A stretch of 63,933 nt of DNA, filler included, from Planctomycetota bacterium (GTDB lineage Bacteria > Planctomycetota > Planctomycetia > JALXBF01): assembly GCA_026991575.1 (NCBI GenBank). It is 7 parts of 7 records of this genome, joined end to end, with 100 filler letters (N's around TTAATTAATTAA, not from the genome) between each part and the next. Parts side by side here need not be neighbours in the genome. Positions count along the whole stretch, not along the records: positions 31,041 to 44,035 come from JALXBF010000148.1; 6 more parts are not named here. The stretch is one strand, 5' to 3'. The translations under genes and the position numbers were made by a program. Of this stretch, positions 31,251 to 41,999 are shown piece after piece. The notes under the pieces are model-generated. The model searched no databases and was not told the origin of the DNA. It saw only the letters and a list, made by a program, of their open reading frames with translations. How positions within the stretch are numbered: the first letter of the stretch is position 1; the number at the start of each line of letters is the position of its first letter.

Positions 31251-32968
31251 TGGGGATCACCCAGCATCCCAGCGTACCGGCTCTCATTGCATTGGGGAGC
31301 GTGCTTTGTCACCTCGTGCTGGCGTCGTACTTGTGCTTCTGGGGAGGACCAACACTGGGAGAAAGCCGCCATGTCGCGGCCGCGATAGCCGTTGTCGGTG
31401 CCGGATACTTCGGACTCTACCCCCAGAGCGGTACGCTCCCACATCTCGTGGCGGGACTACCACTCGTCGCCCGTGGCTGGCACGCGCCGCCACCAGGGGA
31501 CAGTCGCGGCGAGTGGGTCATGTGGCAGTCGCGATACGAGACCCTGGACGACTTAGGAGCGCTCTGGTGGTTAGATCTGGCACTCGCCCGAATGGCGATG
31601 CTTGGATTCACCGTGCTTGCCGCGGCCGCCGTGTATGTTGCTGCGCTCCAGGTGTGGGGGCCCTGGGCGGGTGCAGCCGCCGTTGCAGCGTGGTGCTTCC
31701 ATCCCCATGTCTTGACCTGGGCGGCAACTTTGAGCCATGACGTGGCCGGGGCTGCTTTGGGCCTGTGGGCTTGCGTCGCGACGGCGTCATACTTGGCGCG
31801 GCGCTCGACTGGTGCAGCCGCTGGCAGTGGGCTGATGTGGGGACTTGCGGTCCTGTGCCGGGTCTCGAACCTGGTACCGGCATTGGGCGCACTTTTCCTA
31901 ATTCTGGCTGGCCTGGGAACGCGATCGTTTGGCAGCGGCTGGATACGACGCGTTAAGCACGGGATTGTGGCCATGCTCGCCCTGGTGCTAACGATCAACC
32001 TGGGCTATGCGTTCAGCGGTACGGGCCGCCCCATCGGGAGTGTGCTCCTGACGGACCTAGCCAGGCCGTTTGCGCTTCGGCTGTTCGGTTCCAACGAGCG
32101 GCTGGTGTGGTTCAGCAATAGTTTCCTGGGCCGCCTGCCCAGTCCACTGCCGCAGCCGCTTATCGAGGGATTTTGCTTCCAGAGCCACGAATTCTGGAGC
32201 CGTGTCCAGTACCTGTCGCCAGGATACCGCCCACGCGCCACCTGGTGGCTCGAAGGGTTTGCAAGGAAGACGCCCGTTGGGCTGCTGGTGTGGGCGGCTG
32301 CCGGATTGGTAGCTCTGGTCACCTCTCCGCTGAGCCGCAAGGCCAGCCGCCGGTTGTTCCTGGCTGGCGTTCTGTTAGCATGGGTCGTCTACTACGGCGG
32401 CTTCCTGACCGGACTGGGGCGTTGGATCCCCTATCTCCGTTATGGTACCCCTGTGCTGGCTGGCGGTATCGTGCTGTTGGCTGGCGGGGTCGCTTCCCGC
32501 CTGCGGGTTGTGCGTTGGGCGGCATCGGCAGCTGTGGTTGCGGGGGCGGTCGAACTTCTGTGGAGCTTCCCCCACACGGCTTCGTACTTCAATCCGATTT
32601 TCGGGGGGATCGAGGCTGCCCAGGGACGTGTGCATGCTGTCGATATCGATAACGGCCAGGATGCGTGGCACGTGCTCCGATGGTTGGAGCGACACCCCGA
32701 AGCGCGTCCAGCAGTAGTGGCCCTCGGCGCCAGCTTCGCTGCCATGCCTGTTGTGTGGCAGGAGGGTGTGAGGAGAGCTGCGCCGACCCCGCGACCACAT
32801 CGCGACGAGTGGGTCGTCGTAAGCTTGGCCCGCTGGCCCCTTGTCCAAGAGCTGCTAGCCGAGCGTCGCCGGTGTGTTGCTCGACCAACTCCGGCCACCC
32901 GTGTATTCGCCCCCCGCCTGACGGACCCGCAGCCAGCGAGAGACCCGACGATCGTAAAGGCAAACTGA
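31247..32968 (+). CDS. ArnT/PMT-like (GT39) membrane glycosyltransferase
   Basis: Polytopic membrane protein; PT.GE..H, SHDV, INLGYAFSG, SYFN..FGG and DIDNGQD motifs. Confidence 0.75.
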   Translation: MMGITQHPSVPALIALGSVLCHLVLASYLCFWGGPTLGESRHVAAAIAVVGAGYFGLYPQSGTLPHLVAGLPLVARGWHAPPPGDSRGEWVMWQSRYETLDDLGALWWLDLALARMAMLGFTVLAAAAVYVAALQVWGPWAGAAAVAAWCFHPHVLTWAATLSHDVAGAALGLWACVATASYLARRSTGAAAGSGLMWGLAVLCRVSNLVPALGALFLILAGLGTRSFGSGWIRRVKHGIVAMLALVLTINLGYAFSGTGRPIGSVLLTDLARPFALRLFGSNERLVWFSNSFLGRLPSPLPQPLIEGFCFQSHEFWSRVQYLSPGYRPRATWWLEGFARKTPVGLLVWAAAGLVALVTSPLSRKASRRLFLAGVLLAWVVYYGGFLTGLGRWIPYLRYGTPVLAGGIVLLAGGVASRLRVVRWAASAAVVAGAVELLWSFPHTASYFNPIFGGIEAAQGRVHAVDIDNGQDAWHVLRWLERHPEARPAVVALGASFAAMPVVWQEGVRRAAPTPRPHRDEWVVVSLARWPLVQELLAERRRCVARPTPATRVFAPRLTDPQPARDPTIVKAN

Positions 32969-33535
32969 CACGACTGTGGCCCCTACCGTATCCCTCCGAG
33001 ACGGCTCACAGGCCGGCGCACGTAATAGGTGGCAGACCCCGTCGTGGTGGAAAGGCTCCAGTGGAGCCACATCGGAGACACGTCCGTTCTTGCACGCCTG
33101 CAGTGCACCGGATCGCCTCGCTCACCGATCATTTCACAGATCCGGGACCGAACCGACGCGGGAGGGCGTCGGGGTCGACGGGCGTTCGAGCGCACACGTG
33201 TGAATGGCGGCCGGGCCTCGCCTCAGCTCAGTCGACCCCCGTAAGAATCAAGTCCCTGACAGTCTCCAGGCGAGCTAATGCTGTGCGGTCTTATCGGGAC
33301 CTGGAGCGGCCTGTGGCGGTTGTCAGCCGCGAAGTCGGCATCCCATGGATGACAGTTCCCAGGTCTCCCTCCGGCCCACCGTCCACCTGACGGGACGTCG
33401 CCATGCGCTGACCGTCATGCTGAGCCCTAGCCAACTTCCCAAGTGCACAGCTGGAAGCACGACGGCAGGCGTTGAAATGACTGACGCCGGGCAGAACACG
33501 TGCCTTTCGAAAGCCGCACGCGAAAGAAACCCGGG

Positions 33536-36500
33536 TTACGTTGCCGGAGGGACCGGGACAAGCACCAGGACGGCGACGAGATCCGGTTCGCCCTGCGGTA
33601 CGGGCTCAATCCGGACGGTCGGCGTGCCGGTGCCGTCCGCGTTCAGCGCCAGGTGGGCCTCTGTCAGCTCCTGGATGCGAGCGTGGATCAGCTCCTGCAC
33701 GGCCCCGCTGCTGACCAGCTGCGGCCAGAGGTCGCCTAACACACGATTGAGGCGAGCAGTTTTCTCGGTCTCACTGACGTTCCCCACCGGTTTGGCTTCG
33801 TCCAGCAGGCGGCGGCCTTCGTGCAGGGGCAGCGGTTGAGCATCAACCAGGCCCTCAACCGGCCAGCAAAGGATCTCCTCGGCCAATACCGTACCGGTGG
33901 TGGTATGCACGAGATAGCGGGGCCTGAGGACGAAGACGGTGGTGAGCCGGGAGACGGCATCCGTACGGATCACGCCGGCGCGGGCCAGGTGGTCAGTACC
34001 AGCGCGTCGGCTCGGCTCAGCGACCCGTCGGAGGGGCAGCTCGGCCTGTGGCCGGTCGGGGCCCAGACTGCGGTGCAGGACCACTTCGGCCAGGCCTTCG
34101 ACCAGCGGGTGCGTGCGCCCCAGGTACCGGTATCCTTCCGGAGGGGGACTCTCACACGACAGCCGCCATTTAGCTCGGGTAGGAAGGTACGGTGCGAGCC
34201 GCCAGCGGAGCGATTCCGGCAAGGCTCGCTCGGACCGACTCAGGTCGATCGTCAGGCGCGAGCCTTGCGACGCAGCCGGTCGATCGTAGCCGAGCGCAGG
34301 CAGGGCATGAAAGACGAAGCTGAGCACTTCGTGAGGTTGGCCCAGTACGTTGTCCGCTCGCGCCATTTCTTGCTGCACGAGCTCGGCCGGGATCCAGTCC
34401 CCACGCAGCAGCTTACGCCGCTGATTCTCGCGGTGGGCTGCCTCTTCCCAGCGGGTCTTCAGATCCTGAATGATGCGATTGCTCCGCTCCAGCTCACTCT
34501 GCACCAGAAGCCGTCGCTGCTGCTGGCGTCCTTCGGCTCGGGCCAGCACGGCGGCCAGGATGCTTTCCAGTACGGCCTCGTTCTGTATGGGGACGGGCAC
34601 GAAGACGCCCGTTGCGTCGAAGATTTCGCTGGCCTTCCGCAGCAGCACCTCGAGCACCGCGCCATCCAGAGGGTTGTTTTCACCGAGCAGCATCACGGCG
34701 ACCACTTCGTCTCGTGTCTGGCCGTAGCGGTCAACTCGCCCTTCGCGCTGCTCGAGGCGATTGGGGTTCCAGGGCAGGTCGTAGTGGATCACGGCGGAGA
34801 AGTGCTCCTGCAGGTTCGTGCCTTCGCTGATGCAGTCGGTGGCGACGAGCACACGCCGGGCGGCTTTGGCCAGTTCCTCCAGCCGCCGGACCCGCTCCGA
34901 TTCGGGCAAAGCTCCCGTGATGCACTCGACCGCCACGTTCGACAATGCCCGCTCCAGACTACGCCGCAAGTTCTCGGCCACGTATTCTGCCGTGGCGATG
35001 TAGCGGCACCAGACGATCGGTTGGTGGCCTTCGCGCAGAAGGTCCGTGACGGTTTCTAGCCCTGCGCGCAGCTTTGCGTCCTGTTCCGGGCCAGCGAGTT
35101 CGGCGCAGCGCCTGGTTAATTCCCCCAACTGGTTCCTGATGCGCCTGCCCAACAACGCTTCCACCTGTTCGCCCAGGCCGCTGGGCGCTGTGTCCGCTGC
35201 GCTGTCGGCTTCGTCGTCTGCCTCGCCGACCTCGTCCGGCTGCACCGGGGGCAGGTGCAACAACTCAGCGGCATCGATCTCCGCGGCCGTATCGGATCGC
35301 TCTGATTGCTGGTCTTGGTCAAGCCGTTTCAAGCGGCCTTGCAAGGCACGTTCTCCGGCACGTGGCGACGAACTGACGCACCTCAACAGTGCCAACGCGG
35401 CCCAGTAGCATGGCCGGCGTTGTTGTTCGTCCAGCCCGGCGGCCACCTCCAGCAGGTCCCACGCGAGGTCGGATGCTTTGCGGTACGCCAGCTCGTACGC
35501 GTCCGTCAGTCGGTAGGCCACTTCTCGCTTGATACGCTTCGGAAACCGCGTGCCTTCCAGGTAGGCGGCCAGGTCGGACCGCTGCCGCTGCACGTAGTGC
35601 TGCCGCAGTCGGTCCAGCTCGTCGCCTGTCGCATGTGCCCAGTCGATCGCGCCGAACGACGGATCGAGGAACTCCAGCAGCGAGCGGAACGATTCTTCTA
35701 TGCCGCTGTGCGGCGTAGCGGTTAACAGGACCAGATGCCGCTTTGGGTCCGCGGCAATCTCACGCACCAATTCGTAGCGTTGCTTTTCCTGCGTGCGCGC
35801 TTCGTAAGCAGCCGGGCGAGCCGCTCCGTGGACCTCGTCCACAATCACGAACTCCGGACAGTATTGCGTGAACGCGGGGCGGTACCGAGGATTCTTCACT
35901 GTGTCGATGCTGACGACGAGGTGTGGGTAGTACTCGAACACGGAGCGGTTCGGCGGAACGCGGCGCTCCAGTTGAGCGATCGACGCACCGCGTATCACGA
36001 CAGCTTCAATCCCCAGCTTCTCCAGCAGTTCCAGCCGCCACTGCTCGCAGAGTTGAGGGGGACAGAGGACGGCTGAACGGCGGATCGCACCGCGGTCCAG
36101 CCATTCGCGCAGGATCAGTCCGGCCTCCAGCGTCTTCCCAACGCCCACGTCATCGGCAATGAGCAGACGCACGGGCGGTTGCTGCCGTAAGGCCATCATC
36201 AACGGCACGAGCTGGTACGGGCGAGGACGGAAGGCGAGACGACCGAGTGAGCAGAACGGCGTCGCGCCGCGCCGGATTAGCAGGCGGGCCGCCTGCGTGA
36301 CCAGCCAAACGCTCAGGTGATCCCCGTGCTGAGTGGCATCCGGCGCAGGAAACCGGTCCGGTTCCAACCGCTCGTGGGCGCAGTGCGACCGCAAAAGGTC
36401 GAGGACTTCAGGATCAATCGTGACGCATTCCGTTTCGGCACCGGCCACAGGGCGTAGGACCACCAGTCCATCGTCCTGTTCCGGCAGCACGACCCAACGC

Positions 36501-36553
36501 CGGTCGCGATACCGCACTACAGTTCCCGGTTGTGGGATGCTGGTCGTTGCCAT
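33536..36553 (-). CDS. SNF2/RapA-like helicase (DrmD-like)
   Basis: LIADDVGVGKT, DEVH, TATPH, SEGTNLQ and DLPWNPNRLEQREGRVDRYGQ motifs. Confidence 0.9.
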   Translation of the reverse strand: MATTSIPQPGTVVRYRDRRWVVLPEQDDGLVVLRPVAGAETECVTIDPEVLDLLRSHCAHERLEPDRFPAPDATQHGDHLSVWLVTQAARLLIRRGATPFCSLGRLAFRPRPYQLVPLMMALRQQPPVRLLIADDVGVGKTLEAGLILREWLDRGAIRRSAVLCPPQLCEQWRLELLEKLGIEAVVIRGASIAQLERRVPPNRSVFEYYPHLVVSIDTVKNPRYRPAFTQYCPEFVIVDEVHGAARPAAYEARTQEKQRYELVREIAADPKRHLVLLTATPHSGIEESFRSLLEFLDPSFGAIDWAHATGDELDRLRQHYVQRQRSDLAAYLEGTRFPKRIKREVAYRLTDAYELAYRKASDLAWDLLEVAAGLDEQQRRPCYWAALALLRCVSSSPRAGERALQGRLKRLDQDQQSERSDTAAEIDAAELLHLPPVQPDEVGEADDEADSAADTAPSGLGEQVEALLGRRIRNQLGELTRRCAELAGPEQDAKLRAGLETVTDLLREGHQPIVWCRYIATAEYVAENLRRSLERALSNVAVECITGALPESERVRRLEELAKAARRVLVATDCISEGTNLQEHFSAVIHYDLPWNPNRLEQREGRVDRYGQTRDEVVAVMLLGENNPLDGAVLEVLLRKASEIFDATGVFVPVPIQNEAVLESILAAVLARAEGRQQQRRLLVQSELERSNRIIQDLKTRWEEAAHRENQRRKLLRGDWIPAELVQQEMARADNVLGQPHEVLSFVFHALPALGYDRPAASQGSRLTIDLSRSERALPESLRWRLAPYLPTRAKWRLSCESPPPEGYRYLGRTHPLVEGLAEVVLHRSLGPDRPQAELPLRRVAEPSRRAGTDHLARAGVIRTDAVSRLTTVFVLRPRYLVHTTTGTVLAEEILCWPVEGLVDAQPLPLHEGRRLLDEAKPVGNVSETEKTARLNRVLGDLWPQLVSSGAVQELIHARIQELTEAHLALNADGTGTPTVRIEPVPQGEPDLVAVLVLVPVPPAT

Positions 36554-36601
36554 CGGGTCAGCCTCGGGAAGTCCAGCGTGCGTAGCTCGTACAAGCCGCG
36601 G

Positions 36602-39600
36602 TTACGGGTTGCCCGGGTCCGAGACGGCGGCTCTGCGGGTTGCTGTGCCAAAGACATCCGGGTGTTGCCGCACCTGTTGATCCAAGTCTCGGTCATAGCG
36701 AATCACGACGACCCGATAGCCGAACTCTTCCAATAGGCCGCGAAGTCTGCGGTCTCGTTCGATGATCTGCGGCTGGTCATGCGGCGGGCCATCGCAGAAG
36801 ACACACGCAGTCTCCCCCAACCTCCCTCGGTAGAAAAAGTCCACACTGACTTGTTCGCCGCCCGGCAGTCGGATCGTGTACTGAGCCTCATCCGGCAGGC
36901 GGTAACCGTATTCGTAAAGGTGCTCCAACAGTCGCCGCTCCAGTTCTGAGCGGCGATCGATCTGTGCCAGCAGTCTGCGGTAACGGTCCTCGGGGTCGGG
37001 GATCCGTTGGAGCTGCGCATGGGTGGCCAGCTCCAGCAGTGCGCGTCGGACGACGTGCCGGTTCAGCAGCCGGTGCTGGGGCTGGTTGTAGTAGGTGAGC
37101 AGGCATTCGTAGCAGGCCGCGGGACAGTCATCGCCTTTCGAGTCCGTGGCGTCCTCCGTGTTGAAATGCAGTACGGCGAGCGCGGCGCGAGCGATGCGGC
37201 GAATGGCCTCAGGATCGTCCACCAATTCCTTCAGGACGCCGACTCCCCCCGGAGCAGTTTCGTAGAAGGCGACGTACCGTGCACTGCGCGGCTCAACGCT
37301 CACCTCTGAGTCCTCGACCTGGTACTCGGCCAGGATGCCTCGCAGCAGTGCGTGGGCCAGGCTTACGGCGAAGGCCAAGCCATGCTCTTCGGGCCGAAGC
37401 ATCCCTTCAGGTGGACGATCAGCGAGTTCTCGGATGTCATCCAACTCCAGCAGGAGCGCGTTGCTGGTTTCCTCAACGAAAGGTACCACGCCGGAGAGTA
37501 TGTCTCGCGGGCGCTGATCGGACTCCTTTGATCGCTGATCTTTATCAAGGTCGCTTTGCGAAAGCCATCGACCTGTGGCCGCGTCGAGCAGAAAGCCTTG
37601 CCCGCCGCTCTGTCGCCAGCCTCGATTGACAGCAACCACCCGTGCTGAGGGCATGTAGCACAAGCTGCCCAGCGTTTGCCCATTGCCCCCGACAATCGCG
37701 ACTTTTTCGTGGTCCGCAGCTGTGCGGCCCTGGCCCCAGGTCAGGTACTTCTGCACCTCGTAACCGGCTCGCCGTCGTTCTTCCTCCGCACAGGTCACGC
37801 GTTCGCGGTAGCTTGCCCGGACGGATACCAGCCGGACCGCCCGGTCAAGATAGCAGGTGCGATCCGTGCCGGTCAGTTCGGAGTGGCAATAGTCGCACAC
37901 GTCCCGCCGCTGGTCGGAGGAGAAGAAATAGACGAAACCGCAGTGGGGGCAAATACGCAGTTGTTCGGTAACCGTTCTGCCGTGCCAGAGCTGCTGCAGG
38001 TATCGCATCTGGAACTGCCGGCCGTCGTAGTAGAGGATGTTCAACGGAGCGAATTCGCCGATTGCCAGCAGTGGCTGGCGGGACAGGTAGCGACCATCCT
38101 CGCCGTGAGCCTGTTCCAGGTACGCAAGGACCGGTCGCATCGGGAACCCGTAACCGGGCAGGAACATCTGTCCCGCCAGATAGCGGTACGGATAGAAGAT
38201 CGACTGTTCGTCCGCCAGTGACCGGGTGTCTGGCTCCCCGCGCAACAGTGACAACTGGTTTTCTACGGCCCGCTGGATCTGCCTTGCCTCGTCGAGCGAT
38301 TGGAACCGGGTGCCGCGGACACTGCCGGTGCGGGCAACCCTCGTGGTCTCGTCATGCAGTTCAAGCAGGCTGCGGTAGGCGTTCCGCCACCAGTCGAAGG
38401 CGCGATCCAGCTTGCCCGCCGCCTCATCAATGATTCGTCCGTCCAATTCCCGTTCCAGCGACGCGAGTCTCGATCGGGCATGCGGCAGCCGCTCTAGCAC
38501 GGAGCGGAAGACTTTGGTGATTTCGGCGAGGCATTCTCCTCGCTTCTCCGGATCACGAGCAACCTGTCGCAGCTGCTCTTGGATCGCTTCGGCAAGCGGC
38601 AGCGCCTGCTCGTCGTCCATGTTGATCAGCTCGACAATCGGGCGGCCAAGATCGACGCCGGTGCGTCCGAGCCAGATTGCATGCAGATGGGCGCGGATCA
38701 GGTCTTCGTTAGCCAGCTCGATCTGCGGCTTCCGGACGATGCCGCCGACCATTTCGTTGCGGCGAGCGAAGAAGTACTGGTCGTGCGGGCTGCCCTGGGA
38801 GCAGTACGTGAAGACGACGGCCGGCTGGCCCGCTCGTCCGGCGCGGCCTGCTCGCTGAGCGTAGTTGGCCGGCGTAGGAGGCACATTGCGGTGCATGACC
38901 ACGCTGAGCTCGGCGATGTCGATTCCCAGTTCCATGGTGGGTGAGCAGCAAAGCACCGGCAGGGCCCCTTCGCGGAACAGTTTTTCGCGCTCCTGACGCA
39001 GTTCCGAGGAAATCTGTGCCGTGTGTTCGGCAGCCCGCAGGCCGCGGTAATCCTGCGGGTCGCGGTGGTAGAGCTGCTGGAATAGCCTATTGGCCTCGCG
39101 AATCTGGTCGGCGTAAGTGGGGCCTTTGGCGCGGATGACGCGAGCACGGCGCACGAATGGTGTGCCGTCGCCACGCTCCCAGAGCAAGCAGTCCGCGGCG
39201 AGGCGGTAGCCGGCGGTGTTGCGATCAGCCAGCCGCACGAGGCCGTGCGCGGCCAGGATCGCAAATGCGGTGGGCAGTTCGTCTGCCAGCTCGCGTGCCG
39301 TCACCGGCCGGTCAAGCTGCTTGGCGCACTGACGCGCCATCCACCGGACCAGCGGCCCGTGTGCGGTTAATCTCACAGTTTGCTGCGTTCGCCGGTGGCC
39401 AGTCTCAGAGCTGAACACGGCAACGGCTGCCGATGCCAGCGCGTCGGGTCGTTCGAAGCCCCAGGTTTCGTTCAGATGTTGCGCTGCGTCGGTTTGAAGC
39501 CTGTTCCGCCGGCCCGGATCGATCAGAATCGGGTCGTCGACGGCCAGCCGCAGCCGGAGCTCGTCGAACAAGACCTCGAATAGCTCCTCTCGTTGCTGAG

Positions 39601-41914
39601 CGGTCAGGGCTCCCAGTGTTGTCAGGTTCTGCCAGGCCGCATCAGCTGCTGCTTCGGTCAGCCCGAGGTACTTGATCCGGACCAGGCCGCACTCTTCCAG
39701 CGTCGGCAGGATCACCCGTCCTTCGCGATGCAGATCCTCCAGCACCCGGTAGCGGATCACGTCACGTAACGTCTCTTCCGCCCGCTGGTATGCCCGTGTG
39801 CCCGGTCTCAATTCCGCGGAGCGGGCAAAATCGGCCGGTTGCAGGGACAGTTCACGCACGATTGCTTCCGGCAGGTCGCGGTAAGCGATGTGACCTTGCC
39901 TCTGGACGGCCCGGTTGATGGCGCAGCGGAGGCGTAACCGAGCGACCAGGTCGTTGAAGTGACCCGCCTGCAGGGCCGCGTCCTGGCGGTTGTCCGCAAA
40001 GATCAGGACCTTGGCCTGGTCCGCCAGCCCCTGCGCCCGCATAGCCCAGATGGCATGCAGCGCAACCAGCGACGCCGTCGTGCTTCGTCCCTCCGCCGAC
40101 AGCGTGGTCAGCTTCGCGTACTCGCTTGGTTGTTTCGTATAAGCTTCACCGCAGCTGACACATAACGCAAACGGGGCCGGCTGGTAGACAGCCTGAACCG
40201 CATCACGACTGTCCTCAGGAGAGTCGTAGCACTTGCCTGACGGGGTGACCCACACGGTTCTGGGGATCCGGTCCGCGTGCGTTGAGACGACCCGCCCGCT
40301 GGGACTGACCCATTCGTCCGGCAGTCGATCTACGACCGATTCGTCAGACCAGTCCACTCCTACGGCGATGTACCCGCGCTCCTTCGTTGACCATGCATCG
40401 TCGTCGCGACGTTCTACCACCCGGCGCAGGAAAGGTTCCTGATCGGGAGTCAACTGACCCGTTTCGCGATCATATTCGACGCGGTAGTACTCCTGCCCGC
40501 AGTGTCGGCAAAAGGCCAGGGGGTAAAGAAGACGTGGCTGCTCGCCGGTTTTCGCAGCCGCGTAGTAGGCAGACTCGAAGGTGAGGGTACGCTGGTCGGG
40601 AGGCTCCAGCGTGGCGTAGACCGGCGATCCCTGGCAGAAGAACTGGTGCAGCTTTACGGCAGGGACGTCGCGCGACGGTTCGAGTCCGCTCTGCTGAACC
40701 CCGATCCAGTCCAGCAGTCGTTCCACCACGCGGCGTGCGGCGTCAGCATCTACTCCCGTCTCGTCTGCCAGTGCACGTGCCGCTTCGTCAATGCTTTGTG
40801 GCTTGCGTCGCCGGTACCGCACGGAACCGTCGTCCAACCGGTCCTGTTCCAGAGCAATGGCGTCCTGAAACCACCGCAGGAGCACATTTGTGGCAGGACC
40901 GGCTTCAGCCAGGCCCGTGGCGCTACCTGCCAGCTGCCGCACGGCCCTGCGCAGTTCCTGCCCCCCCACCGCTTCGTCCGAACCGTCCACCCATGGCCGA
41001 AGCGATTCTTCGACGACGTCCGACGGGGTGATGTCCACGCCGAAGAGCAGAGAGGCGAACTCGGCCGTTGCGCGGCGGCGATCGGTCGGGGTGTCTCCCG
41101 AGGCCACCGTAGCGCTGGTGCCGATGTAGATCAGGTCGTCTCGGCCGGATCGGGCACGAATCCGCCGCATCAACAGAGCCATGTCCGCGCCGGTTCGGCC
41201 GCGGTACGTGTGGAGTTCGTCGACCACGACGAACCGCAGCGCCTTGCCGATCAGCATGTGCTCCTTCGGCCGCAGCAGCATCAGCTCCAGCATCATGTAG
41301 TTGGTGAGCAGGATGTAGGGGGGATGCTTCTGGATGTCGGCCTTCTCCTCGTCGCTTTCCTGCCCGGTGTAGCGGCGGAAGTAGCGGTCCGGGTCCAGGC
41401 CGGGTAGACCGTGTTCCGCGGCGCGGGAGCACGCTTCGCGCAGCCAGTTGAGCTGCGAATTGACCAACGCGTTCGTCGGGTACACGACGATGGCACACAC
41501 CCCGCCGGGCTCACGCTGCCAGATATGGTTGAAGATCGGGACGAAGTAGGTCAGCGTCTTGCCTGAGCCGGTCCCGGAGGTGACGACCACGGACCGGCCC
41601 GCCAGGACTTTGCAGATCGCCTCGTCCTGGTGCAAGTAGAGGTGAATCGGCTGGCCCGATCGATCCGTGAAGAAACGCGGGACGTTGTCGTGCATCTGCT
41701 CCGCGCGGGCCAGTTCGTCGAGAGGCCGTCCCATCTCGTAGGGGGGGTTCAGTTGTACGATCGGCTGTGGCCAGAGGCGGTTGCTGTCCAGCAGCTCTCG
41801 ATGGACGTGTTCGCGGATCCGCTCGTCACGAATGCGAATGAAGCTACACACGTACTCCTTGTACGCCTCGGCAACCGCGGATTGAATCGTCAGCGCGGTG
41901 TGACGCTCGGTCAT
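36602..41914 (-). CDS. DEAD/DEAH helicase with DUF1998 and a C-terminal Vsr/DUF559-like endonuclease domain
   Basis: GTGSGKT, DELH, SAT, TMELGIDI and QRAGRAGR; several CxxC pairs; ETAPGGVG...CPAACYECL (DUF1998); VDFFY...FCDGPPHD...GYRVVVIR nuclease-like tail. Confidence 0.9.
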   Translation of the reverse strand: MTERHTALTIQSAVAEAYKEYVCSFIRIRDERIREHVHRELLDSNRLWPQPIVQLNPPYEMGRPLDELARAEQMHDNVPRFFTDRSGQPIHLYLHQDEAICKVLAGRSVVVTSGTGSGKTLTYFVPIFNHIWQREPGGVCAIVVYPTNALVNSQLNWLREACSRAAEHGLPGLDPDRYFRRYTGQESDEEKADIQKHPPYILLTNYMMLELMLLRPKEHMLIGKALRFVVVDELHTYRGRTGADMALLMRRIRARSGRDDLIYIGTSATVASGDTPTDRRRATAEFASLLFGVDITPSDVVEESLRPWVDGSDEAVGGQELRRAVRQLAGSATGLAEAGPATNVLLRWFQDAIALEQDRLDDGSVRYRRRKPQSIDEAARALADETGVDADAARRVVERLLDWIGVQQSGLEPSRDVPAVKLHQFFCQGSPVYATLEPPDQRTLTFESAYYAAAKTGEQPRLLYPLAFCRHCGQEYYRVEYDRETGQLTPDQEPFLRRVVERRDDDAWSTKERGYIAVGVDWSDESVVDRLPDEWVSPSGRVVSTHADRIPRTVWVTPSGKCYDSPEDSRDAVQAVYQPAPFALCVSCGEAYTKQPSEYAKLTTLSAEGRSTTASLVALHAIWAMRAQGLADQAKVLIFADNRQDAALQAGHFNDLVARLRLRCAINRAVQRQGHIAYRDLPEAIVRELSLQPADFARSAELRPGTRAYQRAEETLRDVIRYRVLEDLHREGRVILPTLEECGLVRIKYLGLTEAAADAAWQNLTTLGALTAQQREELFEVLFDELRLRLAVDDPILIDPGRRNRLQTDAAQHLNETWGFERPDALASAAVAVFSSETGHRRTQQTVRLTAHGPLVRWMARQCAKQLDRPVTARELADELPTAFAILAAHGLVRLADRNTAGYRLAADCLLWERGDGTPFVRRARVIRAKGPTYADQIREANRLFQQLYHRDPQDYRGLRAAEHTAQISSELRQEREKLFREGALPVLCCSPTMELGIDIAELSVVMHRNVPPTPANYAQRAGRAGRAGQPAVVFTYCSQGSPHDQYFFARRNEMVGGIVRKPQIELANEDLIRAHLHAIWLGRTGVDLGRPIVELINMDDEQALPLAEAIQEQLRQVARDPEKRGECLAEITKVFRSVLERLPHARSRLASLERELDGRIIDEAAGKLDRAFDWWRNAYRSLLELHDETTRVARTGSVRGTRFQSLDEARQIQRAVENQLSLLRGEPDTRSLADEQSIFYPYRYLAGQMFLPGYGFPMRPVLAYLEQAHGEDGRYLSRQPLLAIGEFAPLNILYYDGRQFQMRYLQQLWHGRTVTEQLRICPHCGFVYFFSSDQRRDVCDYCHSELTGTDRTCYLDRAVRLVSVRASYRERVTCAEEERRRAGYEVQKYLTWGQGRTAADHEKVAIVGGNGQTLGSLCYMPSARVVAVNRGWRQSGGQGFLLDAATGRWLSQSDLDKDQRSKESDQRPRDILSGVVPFVEETSNALLLELDDIRELADRPPEGMLRPEEHGLAFAVSLAHALLRGILAEYQVEDSEVSVEPRSARYVAFYETAPGGVGVLKELVDDPEAIRRIARAALAVLHFNTEDATDSKGDDCPAACYECLLTYYNQPQHRLLNRHVVRRALLELATHAQLQRIPDPEDRYRRLLAQIDRRSELERRLLEHLYEYGYRLPDEAQYTIRLPGGEQVSVDFFYRGRLGETACVFCDGPPHDQPQIIERDRRLRGLLEEFGYRVVVIRYDRDLDQQVRQHPDVFGTATRRAAVSDPGNP

Positions 41915-41999
41915 GGAGTCAGCGCTCCAGTGTCAATCTGTGCTGAGATACGCTCTCCCCGCTGTGGACCCCGGGGTGCCTAATGACGCGGCAGTGTCT

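Noticed and set aside
33241..33270. tRNA-like 3' end (TCAAGTCCC...CTCCA) as a possible attachment site
   Set aside because: No T-arm pairing or cloverleaf could be built.
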